Source: Nitrosopumilus sp. (GTDB taxonomy: Archaea > Thermoproteota > Nitrososphaeria > Nitrososphaerales > Nitrosopumilaceae). From it: a stretch of DNA of 64,000 nt. The stretch lies in contig CBDBLX010000002.1 in the NCBI GenBank assembly GCA_965207445.1, positions 512,001 through 576,000 on the forward strand, given 5' to 3'. Within the stretch, counting starts at the first letter, position 1, and each line of letters opens with the position of its first letter. Position numbers and translations under genes: made by a program. The notes under the pieces are model-generated. The model was not told the origin of the DNA and did no database searches. It saw nothing but the letters and a program-made list of their open reading frames with translations. Of the stretch, positions 53,720 through 64,000 are shown piece by piece.

Positions 53720-55465
53720 ATGTATCGCACTATATTCATAATTAGTGTCATTGTACTTGTATCATTTGTTGTTATACATGAAATCCCTGTGTCTTTTGCA
53801 CAGGTGATCGATTATCCTGATCTTGGAGTTAGAGTAGAGACTGTTGCAGATAATCTCAAAGTACCATGGAGCATAGATTGGTTATCAGATGATATCATGA
53901 TAATTACTGAGAGGGGTGGAACCCTTTATGTTCTTAAAAGTGAAAATGATAGATTTCCAATATTGTCACTTGACGTTCAGGGCGGTGAAGGGGGACTACT
54001 TGGTGTTGCAGTGGATCCAGATTTTGAGGTAAATTCGTATATCTACATATATTACACATATGGTGATCTCTTTTCTCTTTACAACAAGGTTGTTCGTTAT
54101 CAATACGATGATTCAGACGATACCATAGTGCTATCAAATGTGCATACGGTAATTGACAAGATACCTGGAAGCTCTTTTCATGATGGGGGGCGCATTCAAT
54201 TTGGCCCTGATGGTATGTTGTATGTTGCAACTGGTGACGCAGGAAACCCCGATCTCTCCCAAGATGTAAACTCGCTTGCAGGAAAAATATTACGAATCAA
54301 CTCTGATGGTTCAATACCTGATGATAATCCTTGGGAAGACTCACCTGTATACTCTATGGGACATCGTAACCCTCAGGGCATGGATTGGACTAGTGATGGT
54401 ATTATGATCATAACTGAGCACGGGCCGTCGGGATGGGTTGGTACGGGACATGATGAGATAAACGTAATTAAACCTGGCAAAAACTATGGTTGGCCATACG
54501 TGATAGGCGACAAAGCGGTTACTGACACTGACATCAATGTGTACCAAGATCCTTTGTTTCATACTGGATATGAGACTTGGGCCCCATCTGGTTCTGAGTT
54601 TTATGAATCAAATGAAATTCCAGAATGGCATAACAAATACTTTGTGGCCAGTTTACGTGGGCAGAGTTTGTGGATGCTAGACATTGTTTCTAATGATACA
54701 CTGTCAGTAAAATCATCTACTGCATTATTTTCAAATGAATTTGGTAGACTACGTGATGTTCAGACTGGCCCTGATGGGTACTTGTATGTGCTGACTAGCA
54801 ATCAAGATGGTCGTGGTGTACCTAAATTGGCAGATGATAAGATATTTCGCATTGTACCATTGTATGATTCTGTCATTTTAGATGATATGATGGCAACAAC
54901 AAATACCAAACAACAAAAACTTACGACATTTTCATATGATGGTAATGAGACTGCTAGTACGGGACCACTTTATGCATCAGTCAGACATCCTGGATATGAT
55001 GTACATGATTTTTCATTTAACATTACACAAAAAAGTATGGCGTTTGAGTTTGCTTTACAATCAAATACTCTAGTGAATGAATCTCTTTCTTCAGATGAGC
55101 GGCTTAAGAAGTATGAAGAAAGTATGTTACAATCAAATACTCTAGTGAATGAATCTCTTTCTTTGTATATCCAAAAACCTCTCTTATCTCCTCCATTTGA
55201 GATAATAATATATGATGATTTTGGAAATTTATCTTATGATAATAATGTGGATGTAAAATATAATCAAGATAATTACATCGTTGTGTTTGATCCAAGAATT
55301 GAAAGTGGACGTATTATGATAATTGGAACTCATGTTATACCTGAATACGAATATGTCATGGTTATAATGTTTATATCTACTATTATACTATTTAGTAGTG
55401 TATTGTTATACCGAAGATTTGGTTTTGGATTATTTTACAATGTTTATGTACAACATATGAAATAA
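53720..55465 (+). CDS. PQQ-dependent glucose/sorbosone dehydrogenase-family protein with PEFG-CTERM-like anchor
   Basis: GEGGLLGVAVDPDF, HDGGRIQFGPDG, GHRNPQG, GRLRDV; C-terminal VIPEY plus TM helix. Confidence 0.88.
   Translation: MYRTIFIISVIVLVSFVVIHEIPVSFAQVIDYPDLGVRVETVADNLKVPWSIDWLSDDIMIITERGGTLYVLKSENDRFPILSLDVQGGEGGLLGVAVDPDFEVNSYIYIYYTYGDLFSLYNKVVRYQYDDSDDTIVLSNVHTVIDKIPGSSFHDGGRIQFGPDGMLYVATGDAGNPDLSQDVNSLAGKILRINSDGSIPDDNPWEDSPVYSMGHRNPQGMDWTSDGIMIITEHGPSGWVGTGHDEINVIKPGKNYGWPYVIGDKAVTDTDINVYQDPLFHTGYETWAPSGSEFYESNEIPEWHNKYFVASLRGQSLWMLDIVSNDTLSVKSSTALFSNEFGRLRDVQTGPDGYLYVLTSNQDGRGVPKLADDKIFRIVPLYDSVILDDMMATTNTKQQKLTTFSYDGNETASTGPLYASVRHPGYDVHDFSFNITQKSMAFEFALQSNTLVNESLSSDERLKKYEESMLQSNTLVNESLSLYIQKPLLSPPFEIIIYDDFGNLSYDNNVDVKYNQDNYIVVFDPRIESGRIMIIGTHVIPEYEYVMVIMFISTIILFSSVLLYRRFGFGLFYNVYVQHMK
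55055..55163. repeat. 37 bp perfect direct repeat flanking a unique 35 bp insert (in frame, +24 aa)
   Basis: TTACAATCAAATACTCTAGTGAATGAATCTCTTTCTT at 55055-55091 and 55127-55163. Confidence 0.97.
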
Positions 55466-55536
55466 TGATAATTTGTGATATGTGTTTTAGATCTTATTAC
55501 ATCTCAGAGACATCATACTTTTTGGCGATGTTTCTA

Positions 55537-56076
55537 TTATGGTGATGTTTCTATTATGGCGATGCCTATTGCTTCTCCAAAATAGTATCCTGCTAGAATT
55601 GTAATACATGCCCACACTGCTGATCCCGCATATGTGTATATTACAAATTTTACCGTGTTCATTTTTAGCAAACCTGCTGGTATTGATATCATTTCTCTCA
55701 TTACCGGTACAATCCTACAAATGAATACTGCCTTGTCTCCATGTTTTTCAAACCATTGTTCTACCTGCTCTAGTTTTTCTTCTGATATGCGCATCTTGTT
55801 GAGATACCTGAGCATTACAACTCTGCCCAACTTTAGTGCTATTACATATATGGCAGTTGAACCTACTGTGGCACCTGCTGCCCCTAGTATCACAAGTGGA
55901 ATTAACCCCTCTAGTGGAATTCCATTTTGTGATGCTACAAACCCTGCTGTTGGAAACACTGCAAGTGTTGGGATGGGTGGAATTATGGTCTCAATTAAAG
56001 CCACTAAAAAGACACCTTCGTACAGATGTTCTCCTAACAATTGTGTAATCCAAGCTAGGATCTCTTCGAGTTGCAT
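55537..56076 (-). CDS. DedA family membrane protein
   Basis: ETIIPPIP, WFEKHGDKAVFICRIVPVMREMISIPAG. Confidence 0.9.
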   Translation of the reverse strand: MQLEEILAWITQLLGEHLYEGVFLVALIETIIPPIPTLAVFPTAGFVASQNGIPLEGLIPLVILGAAGATVGSTAIYVIALKLGRVVMLRYLNKMRISEEKLEQVEQWFEKHGDKAVFICRIVPVMREMISIPAGLLKMNTVKFVIYTYAGSAVWACITILAGYYFGEAIGIAIIETSP

Positions 56077-56240
56077 GTTATTGTGAGTTAACTACCCTTT
56101 ACTAAATTGCTATTCTTGTGCCGTTTTATAATTATGTCATAATAATGTGCAGGGTAATTGTTGTTTTTGAATTTGTTACGATGTATAGTCAGCCAAGATC
56201 TAGGCAATTTCCTATATATCAGTATATTTTGAGGATCTGT

Positions 56241-56846
56241 ATGGGAACAAAAAAGATCGCTATAATTGCAGCAATTATAATTATAGGTTCTGGTGCTGGT
56301 TATGCAATATCGCCATATTTTACAGAATCTACGATAAACGAACCTATGCCAAAGGGAGCAATTATGCCTACTACCATTGTTGTTAATAATAACGAAGATG
56401 TTGATAAAATATCTTCTATAGATGACAACATGCCTGACGCATTTGATAATCTTGATGAAGTGAGTACTGATGTTAATGTCGTTGGCACTGATGTTACATC
56501 TATGTCAGATAATATGATACCTGTCTCTTATGCAGGGACATTTATCGGTGTTGGAGATGGTATACATGATGCTGGAGGACGTGCGTATACGATTCCACTT
56601 GAAGATGGAAATTCTGTATTACGTCTAGAGGACTTTTACTCTACAAATGGACCTGGATTGCGTGTTTATCTTGCTACTGACAAAACAGCTTCTGATTATT
56701 TGAGTCTTGGAGATCTAAAAGCAAATCGTGGAAACCAGAATTATCAACTTTCAGATGATATAGACTTGGAAAAATATAATCATGTATTAATATGGTGTGA
56801 ACCATTTAGCGTGCTTTTTGGAAGTGCGCAACTTTATGGACAATAA
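56241..56846 (+). CDS. DM13 domain protein, membrane-anchored
   Basis: LRLEDFYSTNGPGLRVYL, LGDLKANRGNQNY, VLIWCEPFSVLFGSA. Confidence 0.88.
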   Translation: MGTKKIAIIAAIIIIGSGAGYAISPYFTESTINEPMPKGAIMPTTIVVNNNEDVDKISSIDDNMPDAFDNLDEVSTDVNVVGTDVTSMSDNMIPVSYAGTFIGVGDGIHDAGGRAYTIPLEDGNSVLRLEDFYSTNGPGLRVYLATDKTASDYLSLGDLKANRGNQNYQLSDDIDLEKYNHVLIWCEPFSVLFGSAQLYGQ

Positions 56847-57082
56847 TATATTTATGTGTACTTTTGTGTGAACTAATATTCTTTATATAATTTTTTAAAT
56901 ATGTATAATAAAATTATATCTAAAAATTATATCTAAAAATTATGAAATTTTTCCTCTTACCTATGTCTAACATGTAGATTGTCAATTGTTTACAGATGTA
57001 TAAAATTCTAGTTTAGTGATAATTTTTGAGTTTAATATTGCCTAAGACATATGTTAATAATGGTTTTATATTATAATATTAT

Positions 57083-57604
57083 ATGAAAACTTATCGATTT
57101 TTGGAGCATGCTACTGATGCTATAATTGAAACCAAATCAGATACAATAGAAAATGCATTTTTGGCCGCGGCCGATGCTGTAGTAAACTTGACTATTGATA
57201 AGAATTCTGTAAATGAAAAAGAGTCAATTACATTCAAAGCATATGGTGAAAACTTGCATTATTTGTTGTACAGTTGGCTTGAAGAGATAATCTATGTACT
57301 GATTACACAAGGATTTGCAATACGGCGCATTACAATTGATGGCAAGTCGTTTCCAGAGTCTATGTTAACTGTGCCTGTTGATGTTTCTTCTGACACTCAT
57401 TCTATTGATGCACACTCCAATGACAACTCGACGCAACCAAATATCAATCATGATTCACTCTACATATGTGCAAAGGCTTTTGGTGAGCCTATAGATCTGC
57501 ATCGTCATGGATTCAAGGTAGAGATCAAAGCGCCTACGTTTCATGATATGGTAATTGAAAAAAATCGTGGTTACATAACGATGAGGTTTTTACTTGATTT
57601 GTAA
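57083..57604 (+). CDS. Archease
   Basis: YRFLEHATD, LLYSWLEEI, EIKAPTFH, FLLDL end. Confidence 0.92.
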   Translation: MKTYRFLEHATDAIIETKSDTIENAFLAAADAVVNLTIDKNSVNEKESITFKAYGENLHYLLYSWLEEIIYVLITQGFAIRRITIDGKSFPESMLTVPVDVSSDTHSIDAHSNDNSTQPNINHDSLYICAKAFGEPIDLHRHGFKVEIKAPTFHDMVIEKNRGYITMRFLLDL

Positions 57605-57786
57605 GCCGTGTGTTGAGAAATACACTTTTTGTATTATAAATTTGTTAAATATAATAACATTCGTTAAAAGATCTACAAGATTAAAAATAGCCAAATTCCT
57701 ATTTTATTGCGTTTTTAACATGTTGTATAGATTTGTGCTAGATTAACGAATCATGTTTACATGAATAACGTCTTGTGCTTGAATGT

Positions 57787-57868
57787 GTAACCGTTCAACC
57801 CCCATACCTGCGCTAGACGTTAGGCAGTGAATTTGTGCCTAAATTTGGGAAAAGGGTTGAACGGTTAT
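57787..57868. mobile_element. 82 bp IS66-type MITE, copy 2 (inverted)
   Basis: Same TIRs as 36131-36212; TTGAATGT on both flanks (57779-57786, 57870-57877). Confidence 0.82.
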
Positions 57869-57918
57869 TTTGAATGTTGAGTGTACCCTTTTAAACAAAC
57901 TATGTCATCTATATTCAT

Positions 57919-60072
57919 ATGCATATTAATCAGCTTGTTGTGATTGTTGCATTTGTAATGATCGTATCTGTTGCTACACTGACTGTACTTCCACTTGGCA
58001 TACCTGCACATGCCACGCCCACAATAAATTTTGGGCTTTCTGAATCGGTGTATGATCTTGGTAGTGACTTTAATGTACAATTTTCATTTACGGGTAAAGT
58101 TGTTGGTGCTTTTGATGATGATGATACTAGTGGGTCTTTGCTAAATGTGGTTGTGAAAAAGGAACATGGTCCTCAAACTTTACTCTCTGGGCTCTTGGAC
58201 TCTGAGAATCAATTCGTCACATCCCCGCGTATCATATCTGATGTATTCAAAACCGATGGGCAATATACTGCAACTGCATTTCTCTCTTCTCAAAGCGTGG
58301 AAAATGGTTCATCAATTAAACTAGAATTTAAAAACAACTTGTTGTATGAGCATACTGATTACCAACTATTACTAAATGATATATCTGATCGTACAGTGGA
58401 CGAAGGTGAGACTGTCTCATTTACAATCAAAGTCCGTGACAGTTCTGTTGATGGAATAGTATACAAGTTCTCAGGTATTGTACATCCAGGGGCCACACTT
58501 GACCCGAACACTGGTCTGTTTTCATGGACTCCTGACTCTCAGAAAGGATCAAAGACTGGTGCGTTGTACAAGTTTCAAGTCACAGCATCTAAAGTTCAAT
58601 TTGAGGATACAAAAACGTTCACCATCACTGTTATTGACTCTGAGACAAACTCTGTTGTTGTTGATAATGATGCTGTTGATAACGATGCTGTTGATAACGA
58701 TGTTACTAATATTGGCACTACTATTACTACTGGTACTACTAATACTAATGGCAATAACAACAACAACGCAGCGGACCCTCCAATTCATACAATAACACTC
58801 AAAGTACCTGCTTTGTTTGTTGATGCAAACGTTGACTCTCAGACATATGTTGATCGTTACAATACTGATGATGCATTCAAAGCGTGGTTTGATGAACACT
58901 ACTCAGAATATGATTCCATCTATCATGCAGTTGGACTACCAGACCCAGATGCCATACCGTCTCAAACCACCTCATCATCTGAATCAAACAATGTGAACGT
59001 GGCCCCATTTGTAGACCCCTCAGTAGACCCTCAGACATATATCGATCGATACAACAACGAGCCTCAATTCAAAGCGTGGTTTGATGATAATTATGCATCC
59101 GAATATTCTACGATATATGATGCTGTGGGATTACTCCAAGTTCCTGCATCATTTGTAGACCCCTCAGTAGACCCTCAGACATATATCGATCGATACAACA
59201 ACGAGCCTCAATTCAAAGCGTGGTTTGATGAACACTACTCAGAATATGATTCCATCTATCATGCAGTTGGATTACCTATAGTTGTGGCAGATGAGGATGT
59301 GATGATTGATACTGGTAGTGGTGATGATAATACTATAGATGATAATACTATAGATGATAATACTATAGATGATACAACAAATGATTCTGTTGATGATAAT
59401 TCTGAATCTGATCTTGTAATAAAAGAATTGCCGCCTCCTGTTATCGCACCTGGTGCCATTGTTCCATCTGGACTAGAATTACAACCCGGTCAAGAGTTTG
59501 GCCAATGCGGTGAGGGTACAGAGCTTGTGGATAACTATTGTGTAATTATTGGTACTGAACCTCCTCCTTCAATTAATACTGCATCTGCATCAGATGATGA
59601 TGATGATAATAATATGGATATCAATGATGTAAACGATGATACTGATCAAGGTGGTTGTCTTATTGCAACTGCTGTGTATGGCTCTGAGATGGCTCCTCAA
59701 GTACAACTACTTCGAGAGATACGTGACAATCAACTAATGCAGACCCATGTGGGTGCATCATTTATGATTGGGTTCAATGATCTGTACTATTCATTTTCAC
59801 CATATGTTGCTGATTATGAGCGTGAAAACTATTTGTTCAAAGATGCTACTCGTATGCTTTTGACACCAATGTTAACCACATTACACATTATGACATATGC
59901 TGATTCTGAATCAAAGGTACTTGTTTATGGTATTATGGTAATATTACTAAACATTCTCATATATGTTGGTGCTCCTGCAATATCTGCATTGTACTCGTTT
60001 AGATACTTTGTACGTATGAATAATGTCGTATGTGATGCGCACAGTGCTAATGGAGGTGTAACAAAAAGATGA
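57919..60072 (+). CDS. Surface protein with Ig/cadherin-like domain, three YxDRYN repeats and CFI-box-CTERM
   Basis: Signal peptide; GATLDPNTGLFSWTP; GGCLIATAVYGSEMAPQVQLLREIRD. Confidence 0.85.
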   Translation: MHINQLVVIVAFVMIVSVATLTVLPLGIPAHATPTINFGLSESVYDLGSDFNVQFSFTGKVVGAFDDDDTSGSLLNVVVKKEHGPQTLLSGLLDSENQFVTSPRIISDVFKTDGQYTATAFLSSQSVENGSSIKLEFKNNLLYEHTDYQLLLNDISDRTVDEGETVSFTIKVRDSSVDGIVYKFSGIVHPGATLDPNTGLFSWTPDSQKGSKTGALYKFQVTASKVQFEDTKTFTITVIDSETNSVVVDNDAVDNDAVDNDVTNIGTTITTGTTNTNGNNNNNAADPPIHTITLKVPALFVDANVDSQTYVDRYNTDDAFKAWFDEHYSEYDSIYHAVGLPDPDAIPSQTTSSSESNNVNVAPFVDPSVDPQTYIDRYNNEPQFKAWFDDNYASEYSTIYDAVGLLQVPASFVDPSVDPQTYIDRYNNEPQFKAWFDEHYSEYDSIYHAVGLPIVVADEDVMIDTGSGDDNTIDDNTIDDNTIDDTTNDSVDDNSESDLVIKELPPPVIAPGAIVPSGLELQPGQEFGQCGEGTELVDNYCVIIGTEPPPSINTASASDDDDDNNMDINDVNDDTDQGGCLIATAVYGSEMAPQVQLLREIRDNQLMQTHVGASFMIGFNDLYYSFSPYVADYERENYLFKDATRMLLTPMLTTLHIMTYADSESKVLVYGIMVILLNILIYVGAPAISALYSFRYFVRMNNVVCDAHSANGGVTKR

Positions 60073-63000
60073 CGCTGACACAAAATTATCGGCACTCTGT
60101 TACTGTTATTGTGTCTGTTGTGTTGGTAGCTTTTGCTGTTTTCATGATATCTCACATGAATGATACATATGCTACTATTGCTTTTTCTGCTGAGTTTGGT
60201 ACTATAGGACAAACAAATGAAAAACTAGCTGATCCAACTGATATTATTTTAAATCGTCACGGTTCTACCATACTTGTTGTGCATGGTGGGGATGATAAAA
60301 TAAGCAAGTTTTATTACACATCACCAAACGATTACAAGATCGCTACACCTAATAGTGCATTTACTGAGAACAATCGCCATATTGCCAACCCATCTTCTAT
60401 TGAGCGTATAGAAAAAGATTATTTTGTACTTGATGGTACAAATGTTCATGTATTTGATGATGATGGTTCATACACGACGACTTTTGCAGGTAATAAAATA
60501 AAAACACCTACTGATATTGCCGTTCATGCACCACTAAAATTGGCATTTGTGTCAGATACGTCTGGTGATAAAATACATGTTTTCCACACCAATGGCACTT
60601 ACAAGTATGATGTGAATAAACTTACTAATCATGATTCAATGAGTGATCCTGGTGGTGTTGCAGTTGATCCGTCATCTGATTACTTGTATGTATCGGACTC
60701 TAAGAAGAATCGAATAGCAGTATTCAAGTTACTTGATGATAGACGTTTGTGCCCTGTTCAAACAGCCCAAGTTAAACCAGGTGTCTGTTTTGTACATGCA
60801 TTTGGTACATCTGGCGGTGATAATGCTCAATTTACGAATCCTACCAAATTAACAGTTGACATTATTCCAAATGGTAGAGGTGACTTGTATGTATCTGATA
60901 CAAACAACGATCGTATACAGATATTTCGGTTCACTGATAGTGGTGGCAGTAGTTGTCCTGATGGAACAAAAAATGTCACGACTGTATCAAATATTGCAAA
61001 TGCCAATGTCTGTTTTGTTGGTCAGATTGGTACGAGTGGTAATGGTGATGAACAGTTTAAGAAACCCACTGGCATTGCAATTGATTCTAAAAAACGATTG
61101 TTGTATGTAGCAGATACTGGAAACGATCGTATTCAAGTCATAACACTTGACGCGCAGGCAGATGATTCCTCTGATTCTTCGTCTAATACCTCTACGACTA
61201 TTCAATCTGCCACCAAACCAAACTCCCCTCGTGGCGTCACTGCTATTCCGACCTCACCTGAATCAATCCTTGTACAATGGACCGAACCTATCCCAAGAGG
61301 AGATCCACCGATCCAAATAATTGGATACAAAATAGATGTTAGAGAAAAGATTACTGGACAGAATACACAATCTGACTTTCAGACAATCGTCACCAGAACT
61401 AGTACAAATGCTACTTCTATTCACCACACAAACCTAGAGCCAAACAAGACGTACACATACAGAGTACATGCTATTGGCCCTGGTGGTGATACGGCTGCTA
61501 CTAGTCTTTCAAGTGAAACTACATCTGCAACACCTACTAAAAGCAACAAACCAATCATTATACAAGGTGTGGCACTTTCACCAAAGCAAATAAAGATAAC
61601 ATGGCTACCACCGTCTGATACACTTGGACAGTCTATTGCGAGTTATACAATAAAAAAGATATTCTCCGCAAATAATAACATAGATGTTGGTGTTGTTAGT
61701 GGCTCAAAGACTAGTTTCGTATATCCTGTAAGTCCATCTGAGACAAAAGTTGAGCTAGCCGTCGTGGCTACGTTTGCATTTGGGTCTAGTCCTCTGTCTG
61801 ACACGATTACTATTAATGTTGACTCTGACTCTTCTCATTCTGGAATAATCGAGACACCTGATGTTCCAAATACCAAGTTGACTGCCCCAACCCCGCCTAC
61901 AAGAGTTCAGGCAGAATCAGTCTCAGATACCCGTATCGATATATCTTGGAGGGCTCCTACTAGTGATGGTAACACGCCAATTACTGGTTATACTATAGAG
62001 GCCAAAAAAGATGGAACATCTGACTTTATAGTACTTGCTCGTGATATTAGTTCTACTAGATACCAGCACAATGTTGATGCGGGTTCGGCGTATACATATC
62101 GTATCTATGCTACAAATGCTATTGGTGAGAGTTTGACATCGCACGAATCTTCTGCAACAGCACGCTCTGTGGGCATAAAACTGTCTCCAATCAATAGTAT
62201 CGTTGTGGATGTGGGCAAACTTGCAACGTTTACTGCTAAAATCTCAAGTGACTCTTCGTCTTTTATAACATTTAGACTCTCCGATAATGCTCCATCAGAT
62301 GCCCGTATATCAAATACTGGTGTGTTTCGATGGACACCTTCCTCTGATCATGGCGGTGACTCTTTTGTCTTTGATGTAATTGTAACTCAAGGACAACACA
62401 CTGATACAGAATCTGTTCGTATAAGGGTAAATACTGTCGTTGTAATTCCCGAGACCCCTCAAACATCACAACCTGCATCACAGACATCTCCTGAGCAATC
62501 ATCTGACTCTGCGTCCCAACTAAATTCTGAACCCAAACTAGCTGAATTTGTAGAAGATGATGTAGATCCACAGACCTATATTGACAGATACAACAACGAA
62601 CCTCAATTCAAAGAATGGTTTGATGAACACTATCTTGATAGATTCGACTCTATATATGATGCAGTTGGTGTACTAGAGATACCTGCTGAATTTGTAGATG
62701 CATCACATGAGCCTCAATATTACATTGACAGATACAACAACGAACCTCAATTCAAAGAATGGTTTGATGAACACTATTCAGAGTACGAATCTATACATCA
62801 TGCTGTGGGACTACAAGTAGAAATAATAAAAGATGAAGAAGATCTTGTACGCCCATTACCACGACTTGATGTACCGCTTGCTCCATTTGTTGATGAATCA
62901 GAAGATCCTATGACATATGTAAATCGATACAACACTGATGACTCTTTTAAAGAGTGGTTTGATGAGCATTATGCATTAGAGTACAATACCATATATCGTG

Positions 63001-63302
63001 CAGTGGGGTTGCTTGATGTCCCTGCTCCATTTGTTGATGAATCAGAAGATCCTATGACATATGTAAATCGATACAACACTGATGACTCTTTTAAAGAGTG
63101 GTTTGATGAGTACTATTCTGAATATTTGTCAATATATCATGCAGTAGGATTACCAGATCCACTACTATTCAATGGCAGTAATGTTATAGATGAGATGCCT
63201 GTAATTCAATATGGCATATGTGGGCCTGGTACCATGTTAATCGAAGGTATATGTACTATTATTATTGATGATGATGATGGTAATAATGACGATGGCACGT
63301 GA
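60069..63302 (+). CDS. Secreted NHL-repeat/fibronectin type III/Ig-like protein with four YxDRYN repeats
   Basis: NHL (PTGIAID..LYVADTGNDRIQV), fn3 (WRAPTSDGNTPITGYTIE, YTYRIYATNAIGES). Confidence 0.85.
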   Translation: MTLTQNYRHSVTVIVSVVLVAFAVFMISHMNDTYATIAFSAEFGTIGQTNEKLADPTDIILNRHGSTILVVHGGDDKISKFYYTSPNDYKIATPNSAFTENNRHIANPSSIERIEKDYFVLDGTNVHVFDDDGSYTTTFAGNKIKTPTDIAVHAPLKLAFVSDTSGDKIHVFHTNGTYKYDVNKLTNHDSMSDPGGVAVDPSSDYLYVSDSKKNRIAVFKLLDDRRLCPVQTAQVKPGVCFVHAFGTSGGDNAQFTNPTKLTVDIIPNGRGDLYVSDTNNDRIQIFRFTDSGGSSCPDGTKNVTTVSNIANANVCFVGQIGTSGNGDEQFKKPTGIAIDSKKRLLYVADTGNDRIQVITLDAQADDSSDSSSNTSTTIQSATKPNSPRGVTAIPTSPESILVQWTEPIPRGDPPIQIIGYKIDVREKITGQNTQSDFQTIVTRTSTNATSIHHTNLEPNKTYTYRVHAIGPGGDTAATSLSSETTSATPTKSNKPIIIQGVALSPKQIKITWLPPSDTLGQSIASYTIKKIFSANNNIDVGVVSGSKTSFVYPVSPSETKVELAVVATFAFGSSPLSDTITINVDSDSSHSGIIETPDVPNTKLTAPTPPTRVQAESVSDTRIDISWRAPTSDGNTPITGYTIEAKKDGTSDFIVLARDISSTRYQHNVDAGSAYTYRIYATNAIGESLTSHESSATARSVGIKLSPINSIVVDVGKLATFTAKISSDSSSFITFRLSDNAPSDARISNTGVFRWTPSSDHGGDSFVFDVIVTQGQHTDTESVRIRVNTVVVIPETPQTSQPASQTSPEQSSDSASQLNSEPKLAEFVEDDVDPQTYIDRYNNEPQFKEWFDEHYLDRFDSIYDAVGVLEIPAEFVDASHEPQYYIDRYNNEPQFKEWFDEHYSEYESIHHAVGLQVEIIKDEEDLVRPLPRLDVPLAPFVDESEDPMTYVNRYNTDDSFKEWFDEHYALEYNTIYRAVGLLDVPAPFVDESEDPMTYVNRYNTDDSFKEWFDEYYSEYLSIYHAVGLPDPLLFNGSNVIDEMPVIQYGICGPGTMLIEGICTIIIDDDDGNNDDGT

Positions 63303-63565
63303 CTGTTCAATATTCCTCTAATCACTTATTTATACTCTGATAAGTTGCTTTGTTTTATTTGATACATAATTGAATACATGTAATCTTACTTGCCCCGCCA
63401 TCACCCATACTGTAACAAGGAGATCAACATGTATACAGTTACATTTGATGTTATGTCATATACAATCATCAATTATTTTTAATGATTTTGGTGGGGTGAA
63501 TCCTTTGATTGCATATAGATTGAGCTTGACAGCTAACTTTTAATCACTATCAATATTACGTCAAT

Positions 63566-63733
63566 ATGATGGGCAACCTGGCACGAAAACTTCGGATATG
63601 TGGGCACTGTGGAATTGTATATGCTTCTGTGAGCTTTACACAATATATTGACTATTGTCCTATTTGCAAGTCACGACGCTACGAGTCTGTTTCAATCAAG
63701 GATAGGGTGTATGATAACAATGACACAAATTAA
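63566..63733 (+). CDS. Small zinc-ribbon protein, 55 aa (not in ORF track)
   Basis: MMGNLARKLRICGHCGIVYASVSFTQYIDYCPICKSRRYES...; two CxxC motifs. Confidence 0.6.
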   Translation: MMGNLARKLRICGHCGIVYASVSFTQYIDYCPICKSRRYESVSIKDRVYDNNDTN

Positions 63734-63768
63734 TTATATTGCTTACTTGAGATCTATGTGTGATTTGT

Positions 63769-64000
63769 ATGGATAACAACAATGATGATAATGATCCCGA
63801 CATACAAGAGATAATGCGGCGCAAGATGCAAGACATGCTAAACCAGCAAAAGCATGGGCAACCCTCGGCATCCTCGCAACCATCGCAACCATCCGCTCAA
63901 CATGTAATCAATCTCACATCTGCAACATTTGATCAGACTATATCATTGCCTCAACTTACACTTGTTGACTTTTGGGCAGAGTGGTGTGGTCCTTGCAGAA
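63769..64000 (+). CDS. trxA: Thioredoxin, 3'-truncated by the window edge
   Basis: [23 protein letters not shown]. Confidence 0.9.
   Translation, partial: MDNNNDDNDPDIQEIMRRKMQDMLNQQKHGQPSASSQPSQPSAQHVINLTSATFDQTISLPQLTLVDFWAEWCGPCR

Noticed and set aside
59005..59275. Near-identical DNA repeats as an array or DGR template/variable pair
   Set aside because: In-frame protein domain repeats (also 62876-63110); no adenine-specific differences and no reverse transcriptase in the window

Overview
Chromosomal segment of an AT-rich thaumarchaeote (Nitrosopumilaceae-like). The livH/livM permeases, TPR protein, CFI-box surface protein, decayed IS elements and low-complexity expansions suggest a host-associated (e.g. 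sponge) lineage; this is inference. Core genes occupy 1-4 kb (livH, livM, tRNA-Leu, purU, creatininase family) and 34-64 kb (FNR, ilvE, hisS, eIF6, two ferredoxins, tRNA-Ser, rfcS, GINS, MCM, Hel308, archease, surface proteins, thioredoxin). Between them is a ~30 kb accessory/defence region: TPR, SNF2-DUF3883 helicase, SWIM, ArdC-like, HNH nuclease, ATPase-wHTH, IS remnants, VapBC and type III R-M, ending at tRNA-Ala with two degenerate att copies. The most unusual signal is four unrelated sites (9111-9222, 24653-24758, 31089-31195, 55055-55163) where a 36-40 bp piece of ordinary host DNA is duplicated around a unique 32-35 bp insert (period 69-72 bp). This is the geometry of single CRISPR spacer integrations, but outside any array; one event frameshifts a gene and one adds 24 aa in frame. 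Also notable are a 1.4 kb two-level tandem array grown out of an ISH3-type transposase remnant, independent repeat expansions in two copies of an IS5-like element, a 78 bp duplication flanking one copy, a short templated insertion, and several MITEs. No cas genes are visible in the window.
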